NCBI RefSeq assembly: GCF_009914755.1 | Contig: NC_060946.1 | Length of the DNA: 64,000 nt | Direction: 5' to 3' (one strand) | DNA from: the human T2T-CHM13v2.0 reference genome, Homo sapiens | Part shown: piece by piece, positions 1 to 15,380 of the stretch | Position numbering within the stretch: the first letter of the stretch is position 1 | Layout: the number at the start of each line of letters is the position of its first letter | Translations under genes and position numbers: made by a program | The notes under the pieces: model-generated | What the model was told of the DNA's origin: nothing | The model's database searches: none | What the model saw: only the letters and a program-made list of their open reading frames with translations

Positions 1-60
1 TGGTGGGCCTGAACTGGGCCATTGATCAGACTAAATAAATTAAGCAGTTAACATAACTGG
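1..60 (+). other. LIMK2: Probable extreme 3' end of LIMK2 3'UTR with AATAAA poly(A) signal at 34-39
   Basis: AATAAA seen at 34-39. Gene identity is inferred only from recalled synteny (LIMK2 lies tail-to-tail with PIK3IP1); no LIMK2 CDS is in the window. Confidence 0.6.
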
Positions 61-1128
61 CAATATGGAGAGTGAAAACATGATTGGCTCAGGGACATAA
101 ATGTAGAGGGTCTGCTAGCCACCTTCTGGCCTAGCCCACACAAACTCCCCATAGCAGAGAGTTTTCATGCACCCAAGTCTAAAACCCTCAAGCAGACACC
201 CATCTGCTCTAGAGAATATGTACATCCCACCTGAGGCAGCCCCTTCCTTGCAGCAGGTGTGACTGACTATGACCTTTTCCTGGCCTGGCTCTCACATGCC
301 AGCTGAGTCATTCCTTAGGAGCCCTACCCTTTCATCCTCTCTATATGAATACTTCCATAGCCTGGGTATCCTGGCTTGCTTTCCTCAGTGCTGGGTGCCA
401 CCTTTGCAATGGGAAGAAATGAATGCAAGTCACCCCACCCCTTGTGTTTCCTTACAAGTGCTTGAGAGGAGAAGACCAGTTTCTTCTTGCTTCTGCATGT
501 GGGGGATGTCGTAGAAGAGTGACCATTGGGAAGGACAATGCTATCTGGTTAGTGGGGCCTTGGGCACAATATAAATCTGTAAACCCAAAGGTGTTTTCTC
601 CCAGGCACTCTCAAAGCTTGAAGAATCCAACTTAAGGACAGAATATGGTTCCCGAAAAAAACTGATGATCTGGAGTACGCATTGCTGGCAGAACCACAGA
701 GCAATGGCTGGGCATGGGCAGAGGTCATCTGGGTGTTCCTGAGGCTGATAACCTGTGGCTGAAATCCCTTGCTAAAAGTCCAGGAGACACTCCTGTTGGT
801 ATCTTTTCTTCTGGAGTCATAGTAGTCACCTTGCAGGGAACTTCCTCAGCCCAGGGCTGCTGCAGGCAGCCCAGTGACCCTTCCTCCTCTGCAGTTATTC
901 CCCCTTTGGCTGCTGCAGCACCACCCCCGTCACCCACCACCCAACCCCTGCCGCACTCCAGCCTTTAACAAGGGCTGTCTAGATATTCGTTTTAACTACC
1001 TCCACCTTGGAAACAATTGCTGAAGGGGAGAGGATTTGCAATGACCAACCACCTTGTTGGGACGCCTGCACACCTGTCTTTCCTGCTTCAACCTGAAAGA
1101 TTCCTGATGATGATAATCTGGACACAGA

Positions 1129-1443
<315 letters not shown>

Positions 1444-1569
1444 TCACTTTCCAGTAACAGGGCGAGGATGAATGAAGAAAAGGCCCAGAGCTTGCCACAT
1501 AGGTGTTGACAAGGTAACCCAAAGCTTCTCAACTTACACGGAGGGTTCCTGTTACCCCTCAAAAACTTG

Positions 1570-3067
1570 GCAATGTGGAGTCTTTTTTTTTTTTAATTAA
1601 GTCAAATGCAGAGCAATTTCCCACACTATATGCAGGTGTCAGAATGAGGTATATAAAACATGTATATAGAGAAATGCCTTTATAGAAAAGTAGAAACCAG
1701 TAATATTCTCTTCTCCAGCATCACTAACACCAAGAGACCACCTGAGGTCTAGGTCCCCAAAGCAGATGGCTCCATAGAAAGCCCCACTAACCCCTGTCTC
1801 CACATTGGGCAGTGGAAGGGTTCTGGAAAGGAAGCTCTATGGCTAGGAGCTGCCAAGGCCTCTTGAGTGTGACATCACAGGTTAGAGGCCCTGCTGAGCT
1901 GCTAGCACAGTGCAGTGGAGAAATGTTGCGCTCCGTCAGGAAGCTGGGCTCTTGCCATGCCAGTAGCTTGCTTACGACCTTGGGCAAGTCACTTTTTCCT
2001 CTCTGGGGTCCTGTGTCCAAAAGGCTTAATGAGCCCTTTCTAATGGTTCTTTGATTGCTTTATGAGTTAGGGGCTGTGACCCTAGCCCCAGTGCCCTACA
2101 GGAAGGTGCTGACCTGGACGCCCGCAGGACCACCTGCTAAATCAGGCCCACTTGGGGAGCAAGCCCTGAAGTGCTTTATTACCTTGCCTCTGAGCTTAGT
2201 TTCCAGGTTAGCCTCTTAGAAGCAGCTCACAAGGCCCCACAGTATAATTCCCATAGGTTAGCTAACTACTCTCTTACCTGTGCAAAATGAAGACAGGTCA
2301 CTATCCATCCCTGAAGAGAAACTGGGGCATCCCAGGTCTGCCTCTGCTCCTGTGGCCAAAGGCGGAGCAGATCCTTCTCTATCCTCTTCCTAAGTGGAAT
2401 GCTCAGTGCAATTCTTCCTTTCCTTATGAAACAGGAAGAGTCCCTGGGCCCAGGCCTGGCCCACGGTTGTCAAGGCACATCATTGCCAGCAAGCTGAAGC
2501 ATACCAGCAGCCACAACCTAGATCTCATTCCCAACCCAAAGTTCTGACTTCTGTACAAACTCGTTTCCAGTTCTCAGAGGTCAGTAGGGAGTTCCATCCC
2601 AAATATTTTAAAAACTAAATATATTTTTTCAATGCCATCCCTTGACCTGCTTTACCTTAACCATGAATAACAGTGTATGCCACTCAAGCCCACAGTGGAG
2701 ACTGAGGCCATCTTAGTAAAGCACAGAGGAGCCTGGGGGAGCTCCCCGTCTATCCCTGGTTCAGTTCCAGGGGTGCAGGCAATGTTTGGAAGCCCTTAGC
2801 AGCAGCATCACTGTGGGAGCTGCCACTGTCTCCATCCACAGACAAAATCTGCTCCAAGGGATGGACAAGGAGCACTGTTAGGACCCTACCCAGCCTTACC
2901 CTCAGCCCACAGGGCCACCTGCTTCTGTCACTCTTACTAGGATTCGCCAAAAAAGCGGGGGAGTGGTAGGGTTTTAACCAGAACACAAAGTGGTAGTTCC
3001 TCCTAGCTGTAGGAGGGTGGGCTGTCCTGCACCAGTGTCTGCATGGGCTCCTGCCCACTGGGGGGGC
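1570..3067 (-). other. PIK3IP1: PIK3IP1 3'UTR; ATTAAA poly(A) signal at 1597-1592
   Basis: Follows the TGA at 3070-3068; tttaat at 1592-1597 on + reads ATTAAA on −; cleavage position estimated. Confidence 0.75.
2279..2286 (-). promoter_or_regulatory. miR-19 family 8mer seed match (TTTGCACA) in PIK3IP1 3'UTR
   Basis: tgtgcaaa on + strand; complement of the miR-19a/b seed. Function not shown by sequence. Confidence 0.5.
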
Positions 3068-3272
3068 TCAGGCCCCAGGAGTCCCGGCCTGGCCCATAAG
3101 GGGGGTGCTGCCCTCCTGAGGGTCAACTGGAGTCTGGCTGGTGTGGACCACGACAGTCTTCTCATCCACAATCTCACAGGTGGGGTTGGTGAAGGCAGAC
3201 AAGGGCAGAGTGATTCGCTGCATCTCCCTCTCACATACTTTCTGATCATGCTGTTCTTTCAAATCCTTCCCC
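3068..3272 (-). CDS. PIK3IP1: PIK3IP1 coding exon 6 (cytoplasmic tail, stop)
   Basis: Acceptor ttcctgccag|G; 205 nt; (R)GKDLKEQHDQKVCEREMQRITLPLSAFTNPTCEIVDEKTVVVHTSQTPVDPQEGSTPLMGQAGTPGA*. Exon total 70+117+120+201+79+205=792 nt = 263 aa + stop. Confidence 0.97.
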
Positions 3273-3577
3273 CTGGCAGGAAAAAAACAAACAAACATTC
3301 AGGCTATGCCTCCTGCATAGCTTTGCTCATTAGATAGCATCCCTGAGGCTCAGCAAGAGCAGCAGCTTGCCATTGTCACAACAAATCAGTGGCTGAGCCA
3401 GGACCCAAACTCAGGTCCAGGATTCTAGGATATCCATTCTGCAAGATGGCGTTAAACTCAACAAGAAGCTCCTGCACCTCTGGTCTTAGGTTCTCCATCT
3501 GTAAAATAGGGTGACAGCAGTATGGACTTCATACAGCTTCACCAGGGCTCAATGAAAATAAAGTAAAGGACAGAGAC

Positions 3578-3708
3578 TTTTTTTTTTTTTTTATGGTTGA
3601 GACAGGGTCTCAACATGTTGCCTAGGCTGGTCTCAAACTACTGGGCTCAAGCGATCCTCCCACCCCACAAAGTACTGGGATTACAGGCGTGAGCCACTGC
3701 ACCTGGCC
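3578..3708 (-). mobile_element. Alu monomer (FLAM-like)
   Basis: Single left-monomer with T tail; flanked by agagact direct repeats. Confidence 0.85.
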
Positions 3709-3833
3709 AGATAGAGACTCTTAAAGCAAGACACAGTTTTGTTCTTTCAGCCCCAGAGACCCAGAGAACTATCTGAACTTCGGACCTAACCCATAAAGTT
3801 GTCCAGAAAACTGACCTGATCATCCTGCTGTGA

Positions 3834-4290
<457 letters not shown>

Positions 4291-5329
4291 TAATGGCCAG
4301 GCTGCATCATATACAAGTCTTTAGGGGAAAAAAATCAATTTGTATTAATGAGGCAGAGCAGGGCTGGAAGAGCAGTCAAGGGTAAAGAAAGCAGATGCTG
4401 GCACTAGTCTGGATTAGTCTCATCCATTTGGAAGCCTGGAAGCACACTCAATCCCATGTGCCTGCTGTTAATGGTGCCTGTGAGTCCTAGAGATGCAGTG
4501 GCTGCTCCCAGCTCCCTTGGGTGACCTTTGAGAGGCCACTAGGCCTGCTACACTGACCATCAGGCAGCCTAGCCCCTTCTCACTGCTTGGGGGTAGGGGG
4601 TGGTTAGCCTGGGTGTTGTGTGGCAGCCAAGAAAGAACAAAAGGCTTGTTCACTGACTTAGTTCCTCTCCTAAGGGAGTGGAGTGGTGTTGACTTACAGT
4701 TTTTCCCTCCCCTTTTTATCAGAAAATAAGACCTCCCTCTGAAGCTAGTGCAGACAGTACACTTAGCTCCTCAGTCACAGACTGGCCATTTGAACCTCGT
4801 GGCCTAGACTACCAGGACAAAGACCCGGCCAGGCTGAGCTCCCACCCACCCCCATTTACAGCCCTCCCTCCCTAAGAGGAAGCCTGGTGCCTGCCCACCC
4901 ATCCCAGCCAGGGAAAAGCTCCATCCCATTAGGCAAGCCTCATGGCCTTTGGCAGAGCTCAAGGCTTACAGTACCTACCCTGACTGCTTGCTCCAAGGCC
5001 AGGGTGGGACTGGGAGCTGAGCTGGCCAGAGAGAGCAGGTGTAGAGGAAGCTGCTGCCTACCTCCAACTTCCTCTCCCAGAGTATGGAAGCACCACAGAC
5101 CTCATTCAGACTACACAGGTCGTCTTCAATTATTACTCTGAGCCGCTGCTATTTTCCCAGTCAGAGGCAGTGCTGTGCCACACTGCTGCTCAGGAAAAGT
5201 TCCCAAGGCAGCTACAGGTAATAATCACAAGAGCAGCCAACATTTATTTCCTGCTTTCTTAATAAGTAAGGCCCTACTGTATGCTGCCTCCAACTTCCTC
5301 TCCCAGGCTATAGAACACCAATTGTATGC

Positions 5330-5640
5330 CTAAACTATACTGTCCAATTTCATCCTCACAACCTATGTGGTATCTATTTTGATCTGTTTCATAGATAGGA
5401 AGGCAGATGCAGAGAAGTTACACTATTTGTTCAAGCAAATGGCAGAGCTGGGATTTGAACCCAGTCTTAGCACCGGCAATATTGTCTTTTTAGGAAATAG
5501 AGTTGGGAGTATCACCATATCTAACCCCCTTACAGTACAGATGAAGAAATTGAGGTCCAGAGAAGGTAAATAACTTGTCCAGTGTCACATCCAGAATAGG
5601 TGAAAGTTCCAGAACTAGATCTTGTTTCTTCTGACTTTAA
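5330..5640. mobile_element. MIR fragments (two adjacent)
   Basis: MIR core motifs (tcctcacaac..., cagatgaagaaattgagg...aggtaaataacttgtccag, gagctgggatttgaacccag). Confidence 0.7.
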
Positions 5641-5858
5641 ACCCAGCCTTTTTTTAAATTTCTATTTTTCCTACTTTCCTTTGCAATTCAAAGCAAATTT
5701 ACATGAGGCTACTTGGCCTCACTGGACTTGCTGGAGATACTAATACTCCTCAGACATACATTACTAGCTGTGTAGCCTGGCCATTGTACTTAACTCTGCT
5801 AGGTCTCAGCTCCTCACTGTAAAATCTAACAGTGCTCCTAGTGTGGTTGTGAGGCTTA

Positions 5859-6185
<327 letters not shown>

Positions 6186-6997
6186 TTATTAAGAAAGCAT
6201 GAAATAAATGTTGGCTGCTATTGTGATTATTACCTGATTGGTGTGCTATTGTTTCTGTTTACATTTAATACTTATAATCTTAGATGGGTAGATGTGGAGG
6301 GAGGATATATCCCCATTTAACAGACAAGATACCAAGGCTCAGAGGGCACCTGAACCCACACTCAACCTACAGCTCTTTTCAGGACACTCTGCTCTCTGAC
6401 TTTAGGAAGAGATGAAGGCTGCAAGCTTGTTTTTAAGCCCACATGCGGTTTCCTGTTGTACAGTCTGTTCTCAGAGCAGTTCTGCTGAAGAAAGGGGTGA
6501 TCTGGTCGTTAGTGACGGGGAGTCTGATGACTGGGTGCCTTGCCCTGAGTTTACAGGAAAATAAATTTTAGGCCTCAGGGCAGTCTCGTGACAGCCTAGA
6601 GGAACAAATCTAGAAGAAAAAAGACTTCCACTGGACACCAGAACTGAGCTCAGAATTAAGAATGTTTAGTCAGTTCAAGCACCTGGAAGGCCTGGAAACT
6701 GTCACAGGATTGCAGGACAGCCAAATGCTGTTGGGTGGCTGAGGAAAAAGGAGATAGTTCAAGGACTAAACTCAGCCAATGTGGCTTAGGTCTGCTTATG
6801 AATTGTAAGGCCAGGGCCACTATGTCATTAACTCTGAAATGAACAAGCAGGTGTCCCTGGACCTGCATGTCAAGCATCCCATTGTGGGAAACAACCTCAG
6901 ACTGGGCGTCAGGATGTCCTCTCAAGTCAATACTTTCCCTCTCTGGACCTCTGCTTCCTGCATCATAAGAAATCAGAGAGTACTAGTCCATTACCCA

Positions 6998-7613
<616 letters not shown>

Positions 7614-7759
7614 CACACATTTTATAGAAAAGAAAAACAGCCATCATTTACTGACCACCTACTATGTGCCACACCCTGAGCTAAGTAGTCAAAAGCCATA
7701 GCTCCACACAATGATGTGGAGTAGGAAATTGAAGCAATTTGCCCAGGGTCACAGAGATA

Positions 7760-7945
7760 GCTAGTTAAAGGACTTCTCTCCACCAAATGCTAGGTGTGTA
7801 ACCTCAGGTAACGTATATAATCCCCTCTTGCCTCAGTTTCCTCATCTGTAAATTGGAGATGACAGCATTTACCTCATAAGGGTGATTATGAGTTAAAGCA
7901 TGTGCTTCAAGCAGTGTCTGGCATACGGTACATGTTTGCTACTGC
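7760..7945. mobile_element. MIR
   Basis: cctcagtttcctcatctgtaaa..., acctcataagggtgattatgag, cagtgtctggcatacggta. Confidence 0.75.
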
Positions 7946-8084
7946 TGTTATTATTATACCCAAACTTCCCCTTTTTCATCTGTAATGAGGAGGTTGACTA
8001 CAAGGCCTTTAAAGATGCCCTGCTGGGTGATCCACTGAGGCTGTGGGCTCAGACATGGCCCTCATCACTGGAAAATGCAGGCTG

Positions 8085-8432
8085 CATGCCAGGCATGGTG
8101 GTTCATGCCTATACACTTTGGGAGGCTGAGGTAGGAGGACTGCTTGAGCCCAGGAGTTTGAGACTAGCCTGGGCAACACAGTGAGACCCTGTCTCTATAA
8201 AAAAATTAAAAATCAGCCAGGCATGGTGGGACATGCCTGTAGTCCCAGCTACTCAGTGGGGGTGGGTGGGGGTAATTACTTGCGCCCTGGGAGGTTGAGG
8301 CTGCAGTGAGCCGTGATCGCACCACTGCACTCAAGCCTAGGCAATAGAGCGAGACCCTGAAAAAAAAAATCAAAGAAAGGAAGGAAAGAAAGGGGAAGGA
8401 AGGAAGGGAGGGAGGGAGGGAGGAAAGGAAAA
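8085..8432 (+). mobile_element. AluJ followed by a GGAA/GGGA purine-rich tail repeat (8372-8432)
   Basis: Alu body, A tail, then (GGAA)/(GGGA)n. Confidence 0.88.
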
Positions 8433-9294
8433 ATGCAGGCTACTGTGTCACTTTCCTCACAGGAAGTTTTCTCAGACCACAGAGGAGAATATTACAGACA
8501 CCCAGGGCTAGAAGTCAAATCCCCCGATTTTGCCCAAGAATGGCAAATAATTTTCCACAATCAGCCAGTGCTGTAAAGATGAATGCCAGTCTGGCTTACC
8601 ATCATGCACCAGTCACTGACGGACATCTCGTGGGACCTTTCAAAATAAGCATTCTTCTCCTGCTGTCCCAGCCACAGGTCATGTCCTTGAGTTTCACAAG
8701 TAGCCTCTTTGGCTTTCTCACACGTGGTGAAGAGTGGCAAACAGACTTTCTGTTCTCCAACTCACTTTTTTCTTCCCTAGCAGAGGAGATCCCACTGCTT
8801 ATAGCTCAGGAAATTTAAGCCTCAACTGCAACAGTGGCTGGAAACCTTTTCTAGTAGCAGAATTTTATAACTCACAGAAAGAATTTGGTCTTAAGGTCCC
8901 TGCAATCAGTGTCAAGCCTGATTTCTGCAGTGCCACTCACTTCAATGCCAGGCATGTGGGATCAGACAGCAGGGAATTTGCTATCAAAAGAGCTGGGTCT
9001 GAATCCAGGTTCTGCCACTCCTAGGCTATGTGACTTTGAGCAAGTCTCTGACAGAGGCTTCTTCATTTGTAAAATGCGGAACAAGAACATCCCTCACAAG
9101 GCTTTTAAGTGAGGTGTAAAGGCACCAAAGGAAAGGGTTTGTCCAAGGTCAGCAGATAAAGACTAGGACCAAGTCTCTACATCTTGAGCTGATTTTCAAC
9201 ATCTTGCTTCCTTTTGGGTAAGAAAGCCACAAAGTTTGACTTTGTGTACCTTCCTCCCCTCCTCCTAAGAGGGCCCAGAAGAGAAGCTACTGAC

Positions 9295-9373
9295 CTCTTG
9301 TAGGAGTAGCCCAAGATGATGCCAGCTCCGATGGCAATGATGATCACCATCATGGTAATGCCCAGCACGTAGC
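9295..9373 (-). CDS. PIK3IP1: PIK3IP1 coding exon 5 (transmembrane helix)
   Basis: ttggcag|GC ... AAGAG|gtcagt; 79 nt; GYVLGITMMVIIIAIGAGIILGYSYKR. Confidence 0.97.
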
Positions 9374-9478
9374 CTGCCAAGGATAGGACACAAGGTCCCA
9401 TTAGCCACACCCTAGACAATCAGCAAATGACATCTCTTGATGAATCCCAACAAGGGCAGGGGTGGGGGACCGTCATAC

Positions 9479-9679
9479 CCAGAGTTCCCAGGTCCTTTTT
9501 CTCCTTGGAGTTCATCCGCACCCGCTGGCTGATCCCAATCACTGGCTGCACAGCTGCCGCCTCACTCCGAGCGGGCAGGGCGTTGGCAGGAGCGAACACC
9601 TGCACCTCATCTGCACCTGGCCCTTCAGACGCTTCCTGGATTTCTGTCGTGAAGGCTGGCAGGGCCTGGGAGGTGGTCT
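9479..9679 (-). CDS. PIK3IP1: PIK3IP1 coding exon 4 (extracellular stalk)
   Basis: ctccag|AG ... CTGG|gtatga; 201 nt; ETTSQALPAFTTEIQEASEGPGADEVQVFAPANALPARSEAAAVQPVIGISQRVRMNSKEKKDLGTL. Confidence 0.97.
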
Positions 9680-10086
9680 CTGGAGATGAGGTGGGAAACA
9701 GCTCTCATCAGGGACTGCCCTGAGTGAATTCCACAGCTGAACCTGGCCTGAGTGTTAGGGTAGATGAAGGTGGGTCACCTAAGAATTTCCCCCCACACAC
9801 AACCCAAAGTCAAATTCTGCCCCAGAGGTAAGATCAGGCCTGAGAGGGCTGAACCATCTCAGGGACAAGGCAAATGAGAGAGGAAGGCCGTAGGGAAGGG
9901 CTTCTCTCCTACCTCCCACGTCTTTATCTGTCCAAATCCTTGCTATTTCCCAAGGCCCCTCTCGGTTGCGTTCTTCTGCAGGGGATTCCCCCCACTTCTA
10001 CTTCAGGAAACAACCCATGCTTCCTTTGAGCAGCTCACATCTAAGCGTACGCTCTGTGCCAGTCCTTAGGTAAAATGTTTTACTTT

Positions 10087-10392
10087 GTGCCGGGAACGGT
10101 GGCTCACGCCTGTAATCCCAGCACTTTGGGAGGCCAGGCGGTCGGATCACCTGAGGTCAGGAGTTAGAGAGCAGCCCGGCCAACATGGTGAAACCCCGTC
10201 TCTACTAAAAATACAAAAATTAGCTGGGCGTGGTGGTGCACGCCTGTTATCCCAGCTACTCAAGCGGCTGAGGCAGGAGAATCACTGTAACGCGGAAGGC
10301 GGAAGTTGCAGTGAGCCGAAATTGCGCCACTGCACTCCAGCCTGGGTGACAGAACGAGACTCCGTCTCAAAAAATAAAAAATAAAAAATAAA
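10087..10392 (+). mobile_element. AluSx-like
   Basis: Full Alu with (AAAAAT)n tail; TSD-like aaatg(t/c)ttta(c/t)tttg. Confidence 0.93.
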
Positions 10393-10944
10393 TGCTTTAT
10401 TTTGATTATCCCATTTAAACCTAGAAAACTCTCTTGCTGCTTTGGGAGCAAAAAGCCTGCGCTCTGGAATCTAAGAAACGTGAATTCAAATCTGTCCCCT
10501 GCCATTGCCTTTGGTAAATCGCTTAACTTCTCTGAAGCTCAGATGCCTCAAACGACTTCTTCCCGCGGTGTGTGTCAGGGGAGGTTGGGGAGCTGGGGTT
10601 GTGAGCAGTGTGGGTCTAGCACACTGCAGACGCTCCGCAAACGGTCAATAAACGCTGAGGGGCCAAAAGCCACTCCTCAGGACGCGCGGCGGAGAGACCT
10701 AGCCTCACCCCAGCCTCGCCCCGCGCAGTTGTTTACAAGCGCTCGCGGCGGATGAGCTCATACGAGTGGCGGCGGCGGCCAATAGGCTTTGAGCCCCGCG
10801 GCCTGGAGACAGCCCTGGCCAATCGGACGGCGCGGAGGCGGAGCGGGGCCGGCCGGCATCGCGCGGCCGCACGTGCGCCACGAGTGTCTCAGCCGCTTCC
10901 TGTCAGCGCCAGGAGCGGGGATTCCCGGGGTCCCGGGCAGGTAC

Positions 10945-11064
10945 CTGGACAGCGCAGGTCCTCGCAAGGCCGTTTCTCAGGGACGCCGGCCTCGCCACTG
11001 ACGTAGCACCAGGGCCCGCGCGGGTCCTCGTCCGGGTTTCGGCAGTAACTGTGATTGCCGGCCC
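10945..11064 (-). CDS. PIK3IP1: PIK3IP1 coding exon 3 (second half of kringle)
   Basis: tcttag|GG ... CCAG|gtacc; 120 nt; GAGNHSYCRNPDEDPRGPWCYVSGEAGVPEKRPCEDLRCP with kringle YCRNPD and PWCY motifs. Confidence 0.98.
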
Positions 11065-11159
11065 CTAAGAGAGGAGAGAAGGAAATGTGTGCCGGGGCTG
11101 GCACCGGGAACGCGGCCGCCGCCCGCCAGCCCCGGCGCCGTCCCCCGGAGGACACTTAC

Positions 11160-11276
11160 CCGACACGGGGGCCGAGGCCAGCCCGCTCTGCGCGTCCAGC
11201 CAGTTGAGGCAGCGGAGGCCCGGCGCGGGGGAGGTCTGGTCCTCCCGGTACAGGTGGCCGTTGTCCCAGAAACAGC
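11160..11276 (-). CDS. PIK3IP1: PIK3IP1 coding exon 2 (first half of kringle)
   Basis: ctcacag|GC ... TCGG|gtaagt; 117 nt; GCFWDNGHLYREDQTSPAPGLRCLNWLDAQSGLASAPVS. Confidence 0.98.
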
Positions 11277-12253
11277 CTGTGAGGAAAAGAAGCCCCCGGA
11301 CACAGAGTAGCGGGCAGCGAACGGAAGACGCCCAGCGTGGCGGACAGGGGAGCCGGGACCACCCGGGCTGAACCTCAGCCTGGTTAGGGGACCCCGGGCC
11401 CTGCTGGGCCTCCCTCTCCTCTCGTGGCAACACCCCCACGCCCCACGCACCCCCCCCCCCCAACTCCACGCACACCTCAGGGTGTGAAGCCCCCAGCCTG
11501 TGCCTGTCCCCCAGTCAACGCTCAGAGACTGTTAGGTTTTATTTATTTTTGAAACCTGGAAAGCGCTGCAGAAGTGCAAAGCGTTGTTACTCTTGAACTT
11601 GTGACCACTTTGGAGGAGGAGATGGAGAGGAGGAGGCCTGGCTTAGGGTCCCTTTGAGGAGCTGGGAGTTTTGGGACGGGGGGCGCCCAGACGTGACATT
11701 TGTCCCTGTGTTGTAATGGCCACGTTACATAAACTCCGGTGTTTCCTCCTTCACGGATACGGCCACCTTCTGCCCGTTTAAAAGGCAATACTCCCTCCCA
11801 GGAGAATTCTCCAGGAGCCTTGACTCCGTCAGGCAAAAGATTCAAGACAGCCTCAAACGGAGGAAACCGGCCTCATCGCTGACTGGATGAGACTCCAAGC
11901 TCCCACTCCCCTCTGCAGGAGAACCACAGAAGGAGGCTGGGGAAGGAGGACCACACCATGCAAAGGGCTTAGAAAGAACAGGACTTGGGGAGTAGGGGAG
12001 ATGAACCCCCAAGCTCCATCCACTCATGAGCAAGGAAAGGCAGAGAGAAAGTGGCTTCTTGCCTTTGTTCTTAATGGCAAAGATGGAGCTGCAAGCCCCT
12101 GACAAGGAAAGGAGGGGTGGAAAAGCTTTCACGGGACAACAGAAACCGGCTAAACGCTTCGTTTCCTGTCATCCTGGCCCTGTTTGGGAAATAGGGGGCT
12201 TTACCCCTTCTGTTTCATGAAGTTGCTGCGGAAAGGAAAGATTGTAATCTCAC

Positions 12254-12323
12254 CTCCAGATCCATAGGCTTCTGCTAGGAGCATGTTGCTGACGAGGAAT
12301 GCTTGTACCCAGGCCAACAGCAT
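12254..12323 (-). CDS. PIK3IP1: PIK3IP1 coding exon 1 (start codon, signal peptide)
   Basis: gcaaggATG (A at -3) at 12323; MLLAWVQAFLVSNMLLAEAYGSG; donor GAG|gtgaga; 70 nt. Confidence 0.97.
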
Positions 12324-12700
12324 CCTTGCCTCCTTCGTCTTGCAGGTGATTGAACGACCAGTGTTTAACCGAGGCCCCCTTGGCGGCGGCTCTGCCTCCC
12401 AGTCCCAGCCTTGCAGTCAGACCTGCCCTTGTTATGCTGTTCTGGTAAACAGCCTCTCTTTAGAACTGGGAGCTTCCCAGCTAGCTTGCTGCAGCGCGAG
12501 CTGTTTTTCAGCTGAAAGGCGCCCCCTGGGTCCTAAGCCTCCTAGGTCATGCAAAATCTAACTGAGCCAAGAAAGTAACTCAGCCAAGAGATATGCAGGT
12601 TGTGCTTAGCAGCCGATCAGTTTGAGACCTGCGAGGCCGCATCCCCAGGGTTTTTCATCTCTTCTGTTTCCATTTGTGTGAGTACAGAAAAAATAATTCT
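12324..12700. promoter_or_regulatory. PIK3IP1 5'UTR/TSS and bidirectional promoter; FOXO element GTAAACA at 12445-12451
   Basis: No upstream ATG in 12324-12500; forkhead motif seen; PIK3IP1 is a reported FOXO target (recalled). TSS is not resolvable from sequence. Confidence 0.65.
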
Positions 12701-12977
12701 ATCAAGGGGCATCATGGGATGTGGGAAATTATAAGCACTAAAACACAGAACAACTTAGGGAGCTATGCACCCAGGAGGAATTCATGACCACATAGGGGGG
12801 AAAAAATAAGAGTTTCTGGTGGGGAGTGGAGTAATAGTTTTTTTTTTTTCTTTTCTTTTCTTTTTGAGACAGAGTTTCACACTGTCGCCCGGGCTGGAGT
12901 GCAATGGCACAATCTCGGCTCACTGCAACCACCTGCCGGGTTCTCGCAATTCTGCCTCAGTCTCCGGAGTAGCTGGA

Positions 12978-14231
<1,254 letters not shown>

Positions 14232-14552
14232 TAAATAAATTTTAAAAGCTTTATCAGGGAAGAAAACTAGTGTCAATTCAACTAATCTGAGGTGAATCTG
14301 AATTCACTACACTCATAGAAAGGATAGAGAGATACATTTAATTCACTCTTTAAAATAGTTTACTGATAATGTTTGATCCCTTTCGTCCATTTAATAAGAT
14401 AGATTGCTTTGTTTTTGCAATCACTCTCCTATCTCCCCACCCAAGCTTCTGATCCTCTGACTCTTGACTTGGTCTACCCTGTGAATTACACCCTAGAGTC
14501 TGTAAATTTATTCACACATATACATACACAGATACGGTAGCATTTTAAAATT

Positions 14553-15124
<572 letters not shown>

Positions 15125-15169
15125 AAATTTTTTTTTAATTTAACAATTCCAATATAATAGGGATTTTTA

Positions 15170-15380
15170 AATTTTATTAATTTTACAAATATTTTTGAGA
15201 ATCTGCTACATGCTAAATATAGTTGTAGATACTGGGAATACATCTGTGAACAAAATATTTGAAATCTCTGCCCTCATGAAGCTTATATTCTAATTGGGAG
15301 AGACATGATAAACATGTAAAATATTAGGTAATCTTAAGCGTTATGCGAAAAAAAGTGAAGCAGAGTAAGGGAGAGAGTAA
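15170..15380 (-). mobile_element. L2 3' fragment
   Basis: caaatatttttgag...tgctaaat...gatactgggaataca...tgccctcatgaagcttatattcta. Confidence 0.7.

Larger units (their letters stand above)
10620..11480. promoter_or_regulatory. Intragenic CpG island covering PIK3IP1 exons 2-3 and start of intron 3
   Basis: Very high GC and CpG density; contains TTGTTTAC (10729-10736), CCAAT (10779-83, 10819-23), CACGTG (10870-75). Confidence 0.85.

Noticed and set aside
10752-11475. Multiple overlapping Arg/Pro/Gly-rich ORFs on both strands
   Set aside because: Expected from stop-codon scarcity in a CpG island; only the exon 2/3 frames match the kringle
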